This document shows, in pieces, positions 24,102-36,719 of a stretch of 64,000 bases of DNA; the first letter of the stretch is position 1, and each line of letters starts with the position of its first letter. The stretch comes from Haliotis rufescens (taxonomy: Eukaryota). Location: NCBI RefSeq assembly GCF_023055435.1, contig NW_025963813.1:6882001-6946000 (forward strand), written 5' to 3'. The position numbers were made by a program, and so were the translations under genes. The notes under the pieces are model-generated. The model was not told where the DNA came from. It was given only the letters and a program-made list of their open reading frames with translations, and did no database searches.

Positions 24102-27100
24102 ATGGCCATCAACATGCTGCGGGTGCTAATTGGTAAGTACGTTAAATGTATTGGAAATTAATTGTTTCTTTATTACACTTGCCGCACCCTTATTGCGCTA
24201 TATATATATATATATATATCAAGTCTGAGTGTATTTTGTTAAGGCCATAAGACCAATTAATACAGAGGTTAGATAAATACTTCGAGCAGGACTTTTTGGG
24301 GGCCAAAATGGACATAAGAATCACAACAAAAAATTCCGCCTAGCCTCTTATGTTATTATTTTGACGATATTTTTGCAAAGGGTTCATGTTCATATTTTTC
24401 GTCTTTTTTTATGTCACTATTTTATCTCAAAAACAAGGTACAATAAGTATAGCCTATTTTTGGTCTTCCCCACCGTACTATTGCTGGAATATACGCCACA
24501 CTCACTAACTCAGAACTACCGGTCTGTAACTTACTGTATCAACAATATTTCATAAGGGATTGTCGGTGAAACATTTCTTTACAGTTTCACAAACAAATAC
24601 CCACACACAATGCATAAAACTGTTGACTGTATTAACAAGTGTCTGTTCTTGTGATACAAATGTCCCGCTGATGGTCCTATTCGGATGTCGAGATCCGATA
24701 TTCCTGTCCATGTGTTCAAGTGGAGACGCTGAGTTCCGTTGTTGCAACTTTTCGTAATTGACTACATTATGTGAACTAAAAAATGTTTTGCGCTTTTATC
24801 TCATGAAGCACCAAAGTATCGTCTCGCATACTAATTTCCACCAATATATATCCTGTTAAACAACTTGATTTCCTTTAATATTCTGTTTTAAGCGAAAGTA
24901 ATAGCAGAGAAGGTTTGGATTTAAGACAACTTGTAGAATTAACATCAGATGTAGTGCGTAAGTGGGTAAATGAGTGAGTTGGGTTTAACGCAGACTTAAA
25001 CAGTATAACAGTTACATTATCACAGCGTGTCAAGCAAGTGTGAGACGAAAGCATGACGTGAAGCAGTTATTCGACTTTGCCATGTTGGAATATCCCTCAA
25101 TCACTTTTTGGTGCTGATAAATCGATCATCATTATCAGGGCTAATCAGGGATTCGAACCCACGAAAACAGAAACGCATAAGGGACGCAACTCTCCCGAAT
25201 TATAACATATATATAACGGAAAAAGATTACTTACAACAAGCAAGTCATAAAAAGCTCTTAATGCAAGACGTTGGTATGAAAGACTAACCGTGCCAAACGT
25301 AACGATTGTTATTCAAATACCTTCTTCTCTCAACAGTGATAGCGGCAGTGTCCGCGTTAAACCTTGTGGTAGCCCAGTCTCAGCAACAATGTCAGACAGT
25401 TTTCCTTACCCAGTTCTACCAGTGTATACAGAACGTCACGCTCAACCCACAACATCTACTCTACTTCACAAGAAACGGGACAGTTGGCACTCAACCACCA
25501 GACATGGCTGTATTTCAGGACCAAGCTTGTGGGTGCGTGCGCATTTTTATTTTATGTCCTTTTAGAGAGGCTGTGATTAAATGTTGTTTTCGGCTCGGCC
25601 AGCAATATTTAACATATATCACAGAGACCACTGAATACAGAAAAGTAATTGCATAGCAGCATAAGCATCAACACACTTCCAACTTGCACAAAGCCATCTT
25701 AGCGCTTCCACGACAGTAACTCCCGTACTTTAAGAAAGATACGACAGCCGCAGCGCTAAGATCGTTTTGTGCAAGCTGGCAAAGGTAATTCAGAAGGCGG
25801 CCATGTGTAGCATAGGGATATACAGTAAACTACGTTTATAACGAACACGCTTATAACGAACTGACCGATATAACGAACTTAGTTTTAGTCCCGGCCATTT
25901 GTTAAATATATGATGCATATATGCATATAACGAACTACGGTTATTACGAACTTATATTAGTGGTCCCTTTGAGTTCGTTATAACCGTAGTTTACTGTAAC
26001 GACTTGTCGTAAGAGTCACCTGATGGGATCAAGTGGTCATGCATGACCTGAATGACACTAGGTTACCGTGTCCCTACCTGGATCGTTGCTCATGTTATCA
26101 ACCCCCGGTTCGCCTGTTTCAGACTTCAATTACGGCAAAAATAACACCCATTCTCTCGTCGTCTCATGATCAACATTCCATTTAAATGAAATATTACATC
26201 AAATAACTTTCCAATTAAATATGCTTGTGTTTCAGTCATCAGACAAACATTTTCAACTGTTCCCTCAGAGTCAGGGATACTTTACTCAATAACTCAGCCT
26301 GCCCCCTGGCGGAGAAAAGTTCCATAACCAACTTCTTCGGTAGCATATTCCAGCCGTACGACATTCTCTGTGCCCACCGTAAGTATTTAGTACCATGAGG
26401 CAAATCAGAGAGCTCTCAACATCACGAGGCTCAAGCTGACATCGTTCCCTGAAGGAAGATAATAATTATGTTCCTGTCTTTATTAGGGTAGCAAACTGAA
26501 TTACCATATTCATGACTGAGGTAAACTGAATGTGTTTTATTTTTTATTTTGGGTATCAAACGGAGATTTGATACCAGTGAGTTTAAAAAACAATTAAAGG
26601 TCTTTAGTCGGAATAAGACTTTCACTTTCTCCAAAGAAAGACATGTTTTGTAAAAATAGTATATAACAAAACTTGTGTATTATACTCTAGAAATTCAAAA
26701 AGCTGAACGCTGAATTAGTTCGACCAGTGCATGGGTAGGACAACAAACCTAAATGGCTTAATGATATCTCATCTTGTGCAGCATGCCGGTTTTCACTCGT
26801 GGACAAACTGAGGGGGTGTTATTCCGAATCCGATCTGGATGCGGATCTGTTTATGCCCAACAACTCTCGGCCCGGGGGCAACATGATGGGAGACACTTTG
26901 GTGGAAGTGGATGCGTTTTGCAAGTAAGGACAAACTGACTTTATCAGAATATCTAAACATGGACGCAAAAAAGACAAGTTGTAGTGTATCAAAGAAAAAG
27001 TGTGCTCAATGGTCTGGTGACCTGTTCGTACCTCATTATCGACGTGATAATTCTTGTTTTCTGTCATCATTAACTTATAGACTAAAGTACATCATACAAT

Positions 27101-30100
27101 TTGAGTGAAAACATTCAAGTTAAACAAAGTGGCATTTGAATTCCAACTGCCCGGACTCAAATCTTGAACAATCATTTAAGTAAAATTATACCAAAAATGT
27201 TAATATTTCATAAGGTACTAGGAAGTGTGCATATTTTTAAATTAACGCTGAGGGAGTTGTAAAAAAGTACATGCTTATTCAAGGAGTTAGCCCCTCTGTA
27301 GAAATTTAAAATTTAAAATTCATATGTATTAACATATATTTATATTTGACTTTATGTCCATAAACTTGACACTGATCTTCCAAAACTATTATTTGTCAGG
27401 ATATATGCTTGAGATTTCTTTCTTTCACAGAATGCGAAACCCGCTTGTTCAGTGTATGAAGAGAGAACAGAGAGTATGTCCTGAATCTCCAATTGTCATG
27501 CGCAACATCGGCCTTGACCTTGATTCTCTCGATAAAACTGTCAACGTCCTTTGCCTCCACCCAAAAGGTAATGTGAATGAATGATACAAGTTAAATGATT
27601 AATGTTGAAATCATCGGGATTCAGGAGACTTTCATTCGGTATTCTCCACATTAAGTTTATACATTATGAACGTGTTGTACTATAATACTGTACAATCAAC
27701 TGACTTGAAACTCCCGTGTCACTGACCCATGATTGTGAGTTTCGTTTAACGCCGCATTGGACTGTATTTGAATGACACAACGGCTTGTCAGCTTGACGTT
27801 GGGCGAAAGCCCTCAGTGATGCAGATTCTTAGCCGTGTAACAATTTGGTAACACCTACGAGCACGACCAGGGTGGGACAAAGCAGGAACAAATATCCGGG
27901 CGAATATGCATCTCTCCATCAGTGGTCTGCCTTGATGTCAGTCGGTCATCTTTGTGTCCCTGTACTATAATCCCCTATAATCTGGTTTCCACTGCCAGTG
28001 TCTCTTGCTGAGCATTGTATTTTGAGCGTTTTGTGAAATTAATAGACATTTTCTAACAGTTTCCTTACCCTTTATCCCAGAATGGTTCCATTCACTTCCA
28101 GTATCCCTACCCCACCCCCACCCCCATCCCCACCCTAACCCCAAAGAACCCCTTAAGCCCCCAGAAATGGTTCCATTGTCTATCAGTGTCCCTGCACTTA
28201 ACCGCTGACATGGTTCTATTGCCTCCCGTATCATTATAGGGGCGATCGGGTAGCCTTGTGGTTAAAGCGTTCGCTCTTCACGCCGAAGGCCCGGGTTCGA
28301 TTCCCGACATGGGTGTGAAGTCCGTTTCTTGTGTGATGTTGCTGGACTATTGCTAAAAGCGGCGTAAAACCATACCCACTCACGTCTCATTATACTTAAC
28401 CACTGAACTGGTTCTCTTGTCTTTAATTATCCTGCCGTATTTTTGTTAGTCTGCAATACTAACTGCCTCGTGAAACTATTGAGAGTTTGTGTCACTCGCA
28501 GTTTTAGCAGTACTTTCCTGATCACAAACCTTCTAGATTTACAGAGCTTAACCCCAGGAATGGTTCTCTTGACTTTCAGTGTACCTGGACAGTCTCGAGT
28601 GTTTCTCGTCTCCGACCCGGGATGTCCAGATGTGCATGCAGAGTCAGAACCAGAAAGTGGTTGAGCTGGGTCTGACGGCGGAGCAGCAGAAGATGCCCCA
28701 GAATGAGTTCCTCGTCAACTTCTGTCGGTAGGTTCAATCTCACTGACTAATGGACACAACTCAATGGTCACTGCAGAGCCAAATGGTACACGTACTATCA
28801 CGCAAATTAACAGAAACATTGAAGCCAGATGGTAAGTACCATCACACAAATACTAAAATACATTGGGGCGGTCGGGTAGCCTAGTGGTTAAAGCGTTCGC
28901 TCGTCACGCCGAAGACCCGGGTTCGATTCCCGACATGGGTACAATGTGTGAAGCCCATTTCTGGTGTCCCCCGCCGTGATATTGCTGGAATATTGCTAAA
29001 AACGGCGTAAAACCATACTCACTCACTCACTCACTAAAATACATTAATGCTAGATGATAGGCAAATCTTAAAAGTCTACAGACACTTTGAAGCCAGAGGG
29101 TAGGTACCATCACACAAATACATATACACATCAAAGCCAGATGATAGGCACAAACTCACAAGTCTACCGACACTTTGAAGCCAGATGGTAGGTACCATCA
29201 AACAAATCAATTGATAAATTAAAGCCAGATGGAAGGTACCATCACACAAATCAATTGATACATTAAAGCCAGATGGAAGGTACCATCACACAAGTCAATT
29301 GATACATTAAAGCCAGATGGTAGGTACCATCACACAAATCAATTGATACATTAAAGCCAGATGGTTGGTACCATCACACAAATCAATTGATACATTAAAG
29401 CCAGATGGTAAATACAATCACACAAATCAATTGATATGCTAAAGCCAGATGGTAGGTACCATCACACAAATACTAAAATACATTAATGCTAGATGATAGG
29501 CAAATCTTAAAAGTCTACAGACACTTTGAAGCCAGAGGGTAGGTACCATCACACAAATACATATACACATCAAAGCCAGATGATAGGCACAAACTCACAA
29601 GTCTACCGACACTTTGAAGCCAGATGGTAGGTACCATCAAACAAATCAATTGATAAATTAAAGCCAGATGGAAGGTACCATCACACAAATCAATTGATAC
29701 ATTAAAGCCAGATGGAAGGTACCATCACACAAGTCAATTGATACATTAAAGCCAGATGGTAGGTACCATCACACAAATCAATTGATACATTAAAGCCAGA
29801 TGGTTGGTACCATCACACAAATCAATTGATACATTAAAGCCAGATGGTAAATACAATCACACAAATCAATTGATATGCTAAAGCCAGATGGTAGGTACCA
29901 TCACACAAATCAATTGATACATTTAAGCCAGATGGTAGGTACCATCACAAAAATCAATTGATGCATTAAAGCCAGATGGTTGGTACCATCACACAAATCA
30001 ATTGATACACTAAAGCCAGATGGTTCGTACCATCATACAAATCAATTGATACATTAAAGCCAGATGGTAGGTACCATCACACAAATCAATTGATACATTA

Positions 30101-31736
30101 AAGCCAGATGGTAGGTACCATCACACAAGTCAATTGATACATTAAAGCCAGATGGTTGGTACCATCACACAAATCAATTGATACATTAAAGCCAGATGGT
30201 AGGTACCATCACACAAATCAATTGATACATTAAAGCCAGATGGTTGGTACCATCACACAAATCAATTGATACATTAAAGCCAGATGGTTGGTACCATCAC
30301 ACAAATCAATTGATACATTAAAGCCAGATGGTCGGTACCATCACACAAATCAATTGATACATTAAAGCCAGATGGTTGGTACCATCACACAAATCAATTG
30401 ATACATTAAAGCCAGATGGTAGGTACCATCACACAAATCAATTGATACATTAAAGCCAGATGGTCGGTACCATCACACAAATCAATTGATACATTAAAGT
30501 CAGATGGTTGGTACCATCACACAAATCAATTGATACATTAAAGCCAGATGGTAGGTACCATCACACAAATCAATTGATACATTAAAGCCAGATGGTTGGT
30601 ACCATCACACAAACAATTGATACATTAAAGCCAGATGGTAGGTACCATCACACAAATCAATTGATACATTAAAGCCAGATGGTTGGTACCATCACACAAA
30701 TCAATTGATACATTGAAGCCAGATGGTTGGCACCATCACACAAATCAATTGATACATTGAAGCCAGATGGTAGGTACCATCACACAAATGAATTGATACA
30801 TTGAAGCCAGATGGTAGGTACCATCACACAAATGAATTGATACATTGAAGCCCAATGGTCGGTACCATCACACAAGTCAATTGATACATTAAAGCCAGAT
30901 GGTAGGTACCATCACACAAATCAATTGATACACTAAAGCCAGATGGTAGGTACCATCACACAAATCAATTGATACACTAAAGCCAGATGGTTGGCACCAT
31001 CACACAAATCAATTGATACATTAAAGCCAGATGGTCGGTACCATAACACAAATCAATTGATACATTAAAGCCAGATGGTAGGTACCATCATACAAATCAA
31101 TTGATACATTAAAGCCAGATGGTCGGTACCATAACACAAATCAATTGATACATTAAAGCCAGATGGTAGGTACCATCACATAAATCTATATAAACTTTGA
31201 AGCCGGATAGAAGGTGCAGTCATACAAATCAGTATACACTGACGCCAGAAGGAAAGTGCCACTCATACACATTGAAGCAAGAGGGTAGTACACTCTCAAA
31301 AAGTCAACAGACACATTGAAACCAGAACCAATTCACGTTTTAAATGTTTACGAAATTGAGGGTGAGATGGGTCACATGACAATATGCATGGGTATTTCAA
31401 TAGGGCGAAGGTATCCGCCACTGAGTAAGAATGATTTTTTTCAACAGAATTCGTCTGGAGCATGTCAAGTGCGACCTAGATGCGTGGAGGAAGCATACCC
31501 TAGATACCTGCAACCCAGCGGTTATAGGTATGAAGACGGAGCTAGACTGTAAACTCATGCCGGCAGAATGTAAAACGGCGTTAGGAGATCAGTATCAAAT
31601 GGTGTGTGCTGATGATAAATTTAACACTCAACATAGGGATAACTATGGCAACGGTACCACCAGATGTACAACTAGTTCCATTTTGTATATAGTGCTCACG
31701 TGGATTACGCTTTCATCCTTGATCAACTTAGTGTGA
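24102..31736 (+). CDS. Paralogue 3 of the Cys-rich GPI-type family (361 aa, 7 coding exons)
   Basis: join(24102..24132,25337..25532,26236..26378,26782..26923,27431..27567,28580..28727,31448..31736); GT-AG, same phases; 1086 nt open (in-frame alternative ATG at 24114). MAINMLRVLIVIAAVSALNLVVA|QS signal; C-term ...YGNGTTRCTTSSILYIVLTWITLSSLINLV*. Confidence 0.9.
25679..25779. mobile_element. Second copy of the small MITE family
   Basis: CCAACTTGCACAAAGCCATCTTAGCGCT ... AGCGCTAAGATCGTTTTGTGCAAGCTGG inverted ends; internal similarity to 11948-12060. Confidence 0.65.
25823..25996. mobile_element. Tc1/mariner-pogo-type MITE in intron 2 of paralogue 3
   Basis: CAGTAAACTACG...CGTAGTTTACTG with TA flanks. 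Confidence 0.85.
28237..28383 (+). mobile_element. SINE family A with internal deletions
   Basis: A box TAGCCTTGTGG, B box GGTTCGATTCC and shared tail. Confidence 0.8.
28775..31310. repeat. 44-bp minisatellite in intron 6 of paralogue 3
   Basis: Unit AAGCCAGATGGTAGGTACCATCACACAAATCAATTGATACATTA, roughly 50 copies, homogeneous core and degenerate edges. Confidence 0.97.
28865..29032 (+). mobile_element. SINE family A, young full-length copy with 13-bp TSD
   Basis: A box TAGCCTAGTGG, B box GGTTCGATTCC, (ACTC)n tail; TSD ACTAAAATACATT at 28852-28864 and 29033-29045. Confidence 0.92.
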
Positions 31737-32139
31737 CATTGTATATAGATTTTGAACTATCCTGTTGTATACAACTGGCATCATATTGAATAATGAACCA
31801 CAGAGTCGAAAGTAACAGCGAAATCTCGTTAATCCGGACCCCCTTTGTTAGTCGGACAATTCGGTTAGGAGCGCCAACATCAAATTAAAGGTTTTACTCT
31901 TTCATTGTGATCCGTTAATCCTGACGAATTCAGTGAGAGTTTCACTGTAATATTAATCATGATTCGGCCATTAGACTTCAAATTGAACACTTTTAAGACA
32001 TGACGAATGGAGGTTTTGAACGAAGGAAATATAATTATACGATCAATTTGAAAATGACCGAAGTGGCGAATGACCAGATAAAAGAGTCATGTATACGAGG
32101 TAACATCCTGTTGGACACATGGTAGCGTTCCAAAGAGTA

Positions 32140-32300
32140 GGAGCGGCGGGGTAGCCTAGTGGTTAAAGCGTTGGCTCGTCACGCCGAAGACCCGGGTTCG
32201 ATTCCCCACATGGGTACAACGTGTGAAGCCCATTTTCCGGTGTCCCTCGCCTTGATATTGCTGGACTATTGCTAAAAGCGGCGTAACACAACACCGACTA
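32140..32300 (+). mobile_element. SINE family A downstream of the paralogue 3 stop, within MITE-like remnants (31815-32372)
   Basis: Full head and body; TCCAAAGA on both sides; neighbouring ACAGCGAAATCTCGTTAATCCGGAC / GTCCGGATTAACAAGGTTTCACTGT inverted ends. Confidence 0.8.
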
Positions 32301-32753
32301 AGTCCAAAGAATAATCGTCCAGAAGGTGTGGTGTCCGGATTAACGGGGTCCGGATTAACAAGGTTTCACTGTACACCATTCAGTATCCATCATGTCGGCC
32401 GTGATTCCTGCCTTTCTCTCACACTGATATTTGAGTTATATATTTTTTCTCAATGGTGTAGGACTGTACTTTGCAAACACCAATAACGTTTGCACTTCAA
32501 TGTCACTTTACATTCATCATATTGTCTCATTTCATTATTTTTGCTTTCTTAAATGCAGGGAGAACTGTCTCATAAATAGATGTGTATGTTTGTGTTGAGA
32601 CCATTGGTCAAGTTTGTTTTGTTTTCGGGGGAACTGAATGTTATCATTCAACAGCTCCCATTGTCCACTTCCTGTGTAGCATTGCAGGACGATGTTGAAT
32701 GTATTGCATTAATATGATAGAATATTTAGTTTTGTAACTTTATAACTCAAGAA

Positions 32754-32759
32754 AATAAA
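32754..32759 (+). terminator. Candidate polyadenylation signal, paralogue 3
   Basis: AATAAA about 1 kb after the stop, followed by TGTTGTCTTGTTT. Confidence 0.4.
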
Positions 32760-33431
32760 TATATTTCACATATGTTGTCTTGTTTCAATGTTTATTTAGG
32801 AGATATCGCTCATTATGAAGCTAAGGTTATGACGTCACAGTGGTGTATAGAAAATCACCAAATAGTAAGCTCTCTGTTGTCCTCAAAACTTGAAATACAT
32901 TCCTTTTGTAGATTCCCATCGTGTTTTCTGTTCTATATGTTTTGCCACAAATCCTCTGAATATTGTAGTAACAGTAAATTTGCATTTTATAGCCAATGAT
33001 TGTAGATTTATTATTTAAATATGCCTACCGACAATGACTGTAATAGTACTATACTAAAAATATTAGCTTCCGTGGTGATGCGGCCGTCAAAAGGGCTGTT
33101 TCAATCAGATGGGGGTTAATTGTAATTTGACACCTCTGATTGAGTGTTTTCCAAATTCATTGTAGAATATCTATTTATCGCTCGATTTGGGTGACTATTT
33201 GGGAAATTTTATTATTGCAAAGGTATTGTGCGTGACAGTATTGCTAAAGTTAAATCACTATTGTAATAATATCATGATAGCGCGAAACACCAAAAAAGAT
33301 AACATTGCAATGGCTGCACCCCTATTTCAATAGTATCGTAATCCTGTAAATCACTATTGGGATATATGGTATTGCTTAGTTGAATCACTATTGTAATGAT
33401 ATCATGATTGTGTGAAACTCAGTTAGAATAA

Positions 33432-33595
33432 GGGGGCGGTCGGGTAGCCTAATGGTTAAAGCCTTCGCCCGTCACGCCGAAGACCCGGGTTCGATTCCCG
33501 ACATGGCTACAATGTGTGAAGCCCATTTCTGTTGTCCCCCGCCGTGATATTGCTGGAATATTGCTAAAACGGCGTAAAACCATACTCACTCACCA
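33432..33595 (+). mobile_element. SINE family A
   Basis: Near-consensus copy inserted in a degenerate ~127-bp tandem repeat (about 33180-33720). Confidence 0.85.
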
Positions 33596-33861
33596 CTAGG
33601 ATAATATTGTAATGGCTGAGCCACTATTGCAATAGTACCGTGACAGTGTAAAGAACTTCTGGGATAATATTGCAGCAGTTGATTCACTATTATAATATTA
33701 TCGTGATAGTGTTAATAAACACGACAAAACACTTTCCATAAACATAATAATTTCTGCTGAGAGCAAACATAAATGTATGATTCTGACTACATCATGAACA
33801 GGTGTCTATGAATCATTATCAAATATGATGACACCAGGTGCTCGCGAAAAGATAAGGTTAT

Positions 33862-33863
<2 letters not shown>

Positions 33864-33929
<66 letters not shown>
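33864..33929. repeat. (CA)n microsatellite
   Basis: ~33 perfect CA units. Confidence 0.98.
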
Positions 33930-33931
<2 letters not shown>

Positions 33932-34504
33932 GGCACCCGTCAAAAGCACATGCAAAGGCAAGTAAATTGTTCACCTGAAAAAACACGGGAACATATATAT
34001 ACGAGCAGAAGTTCTGAGTCACCTGAAAAAGCAACAGATTTTTGGAAGCCTACGTCTATTTGACCGTTATTGAACGATTAGATTGAACTCTACGGAGCGA
34101 ATGCGACTTGCACAAAGAAGTGTTTTTTTGAAAGAGTTACCCTGGCGACGTGCCATTTCATTACGCCAAAGTCATGTCATACTGATAATCTTATTTATGA
34201 AGCAGCAAACTTGAAGAGAAAATTCATGAAATAAAGGTAATGAGAAGCGAATAGCTTCAAACTTGTTGATAAGGCATGAAGTAGAAAACTCTCACTTACT
34301 GCTGATAAACAATGATGTGAAGGTGTTATTGCAGTAAGCATAACGCACAAGTAACTAGACATCCGTTGCAGGTAATGTCCGTGACAGCAAAGGTTAGCGT
34401 GCGGTATCTGACTGATCAAAACAGAATCCAAGTAAAAAACCACACTGCGTATTCGCATTTAAAATACAGCTTGTAAGTTAAAAAAGTTAAATGAAAAAAC
34501 TCGC

Positions 34505-34722
34505 GCCAGAAACCTTTGATTGTGGGTTCGAATCCCGGTTCGCCCCGACTATGTTTCTAGGTTTGTCAGCACCATACACGTGCTCGTGGGATTCACCGAA
34601 GTGTTAAACGTCTGAGACCTGCATTACTTCGGGCTTTCCTCACACATTAAGCTGACACGCCGCGATATAACTGTAATACTGTTAAAAGCGGCGTAAAACC
34701 CAACTCACTCACTCACTCACTT
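34505..34722 (+). mobile_element. SINE family C, 5'-truncated
   Basis: B box, body and (ACTC)n tail. Confidence 0.8.
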
Positions 34723-35442
34723 CGTGCATCAATGTCCGTGCTAATCCGTATATTCGTACTGCACGTGCATTTTGGTCGTTGTAGCCAGACTGTCTTGCTA
34801 ATGACATTACTGATACATTGCTCGCAACTCCTCGGCTTCCTTACTCACAAGTCAATGTGCTTGATTTCCATTGACTTTCGAATGAACTATTTGGGCTTTA
34901 CTTATGTGGTGCAATCGAATCACACATAAAAGCCAAAACCTACGTTTTACACGATTTGCACTAGCTCATATGTGTTTCACTATTTGTATCAGCACCATTA
35001 TGAAATGCTACGAAGCTTATGATGAAACTCGGGAACATCGGCCCAGTTTGCTTAATTCAAAACGGGGGGCGGTCGGGTAGCCTAGTGGTTAAAGCGTTCG
35101 GTCGTCACGTCGAAGACCCGGGTTCGAATCCCGACACGGGTACAATGTGTGAAGATCCAGGAAAAGAATTGGCCTTCGACAATCCATGCTTGTCAGGAGG
35201 GAGGTGACCGGATCAGGCGGTCAGACTCGTTGATGTCATTGTATCTCAAAAGCGAAGATGGATGCTCCATATGTCACACTCTGGATTGTCTGATCCAGAC
35301 TCCATTATTTACAGACCGCAATCACATAGCTTGAGCATTGCCGATTGTGGCGTTAGACAACAAACAAAAAAACAAACCTTATGATTAAGTAAGCATAAAT
35401 TTGCCAATTAACAACGTGAAAGACTTAGAGACCAGTCATAAT

Positions 35443-35605
35443 CGGGGCGGTCGGGTAGCCTAGAGGTTAAAACATTCGCTCGTCACGCCGAAGACCCGGG
35501 TTCGATTCCTGACACAGGTATAATGTGTGAAGCCCTTTTCTGGCGTCCCCCGCCGTGATATTGCTGGCATATTGCTAAAAACGACGAAGAACCATACTCA
35601 CTCAT
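35443..35605 (+). mobile_element. SINE family A
   Basis: Near-consensus copy at the 3' end of the composite 35064-35605. Confidence 0.85.
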
Positions 35606-35759
35606 AACACCAGAGACTAATATTTCATTTGTAAACAGCATTATGGGAACTTATCCAACATACAGATTCAAAACGTCAAAGCTAGACGATAATCTCTGTC
35701 CTCTGCCGTAACAGATTACACTGGGTGTTTAAGCCAAAACAGTGGTGAAATTATATGAT

Positions 35760-35960
35760 TTTGTTTGTTTGTTTAACGCCGCACTCCATCTTTATGACTG
35801 CGGTCTGTCAATAATCGAGTCTGGACCAGACAATTCAGTGATCGACATCTAGAACGCTATCCATACAATTGGGATGCAAAGACATGCCATCAACCAAGTC
35901 AGCGAGCCTGACCACCCGATCCATTTAGTCGCCTCTTACAACATGCATAGGTTGCTAGGG
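35760..35960 (-). mobile_element. SINE family B, degenerate
   Basis: Reverse copy of body and tail. Confidence 0.7.
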
Positions 35961-36442
35961 ACCTTTTCTCTTAACCAATAATCAAATAAATGGAACGCTG
36001 AAAATTGGTGACGACACAAGGGGTTCGCCAAAAGGGTAAGCCGATTATTTGTCAGAAAAGGAAACCTGATTATTTTTATAGTATTTGTGGAATAGGTGGA
36101 ACATCTGAGAATAGATCCATTGCAACTTTAGGAAGAACCATGAGCTTTTGGGTGGGTGATGGTTTGAGGGAGTTGTGGGTGTGTGGTGGCTCTGAAAACA
36201 TAATCATGATCAAGTCATTGTTTTACTGAAAATTGTTAACCCCAGCCGCTCATTATAGGCAAAAACAAAACGAGCCCTTATTTTGCCTAGTGAATACGGT
36301 TCGTTATTTCAATCTATTTTTAAAAATGATCTCATCTCTTTCAATAATGCCAAGATAAATGAGTATCTTCAAGTCACCTATCCACCAGAGAAATAAGAAA
36401 CCATATTCAGTGACAAATCCCTTTGCATATTCATAAAGAAAT

Positions 36443-36716
36443 AGTGAGTTAGTGAGTTGTGTTTAACGCCCCTTTTAACAGTATTCCAGTTATATCGCGG
36501 CATGTCAGCTTAATGAGGGAGTAAAGCCAGAAGTGATGCAGGTCTCAGACGTTTACCACTTCGGTGAAACCCACGAGCAAGGGTATGGTGCTGACAAACC
36601 TAGAAACGTAACCGGGGCGAACCGGGATTCGAACCCACAATCATAGGTTTCTGGCCTGCCCAAGGGACTCAACTCTGCATGGCGACTGGGCCTTAGACGA
36701 CTGGGCCACCCGTGCC
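36443..36716 (-). mobile_element. SINE family C (tRNA-Leu/Ser-like head with widely spaced A and B boxes)
   Basis: On - strand: TGGCCCAGTCGTCTAAGGC ... GGGTTCGAATCCC ... shared tail and ACTC repeats. Other copies near 4250-4460, 13040-13170, 34505-34720, 42165-42490, 48015-48155, 55430-55670, 57730-57970. Confidence 0.8.
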
Positions 36717-36719
36717 CAC

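Noticed and set aside
28108-28143. G-quadruplex-like C-run tract
   Set aside because: Isolated intronic low-complexity tract with no counterpart in the paralogues.
28865-28940. tRNA genes
   Set aside because: tRNA-like sequences are SINE heads continuing into a shared body, tail and TSD.
28775-31310. CRISPR-like palindromic repeat array
   Set aside because: No unique spacers and no cas genes; units are contiguous and lie in a eukaryotic intron.
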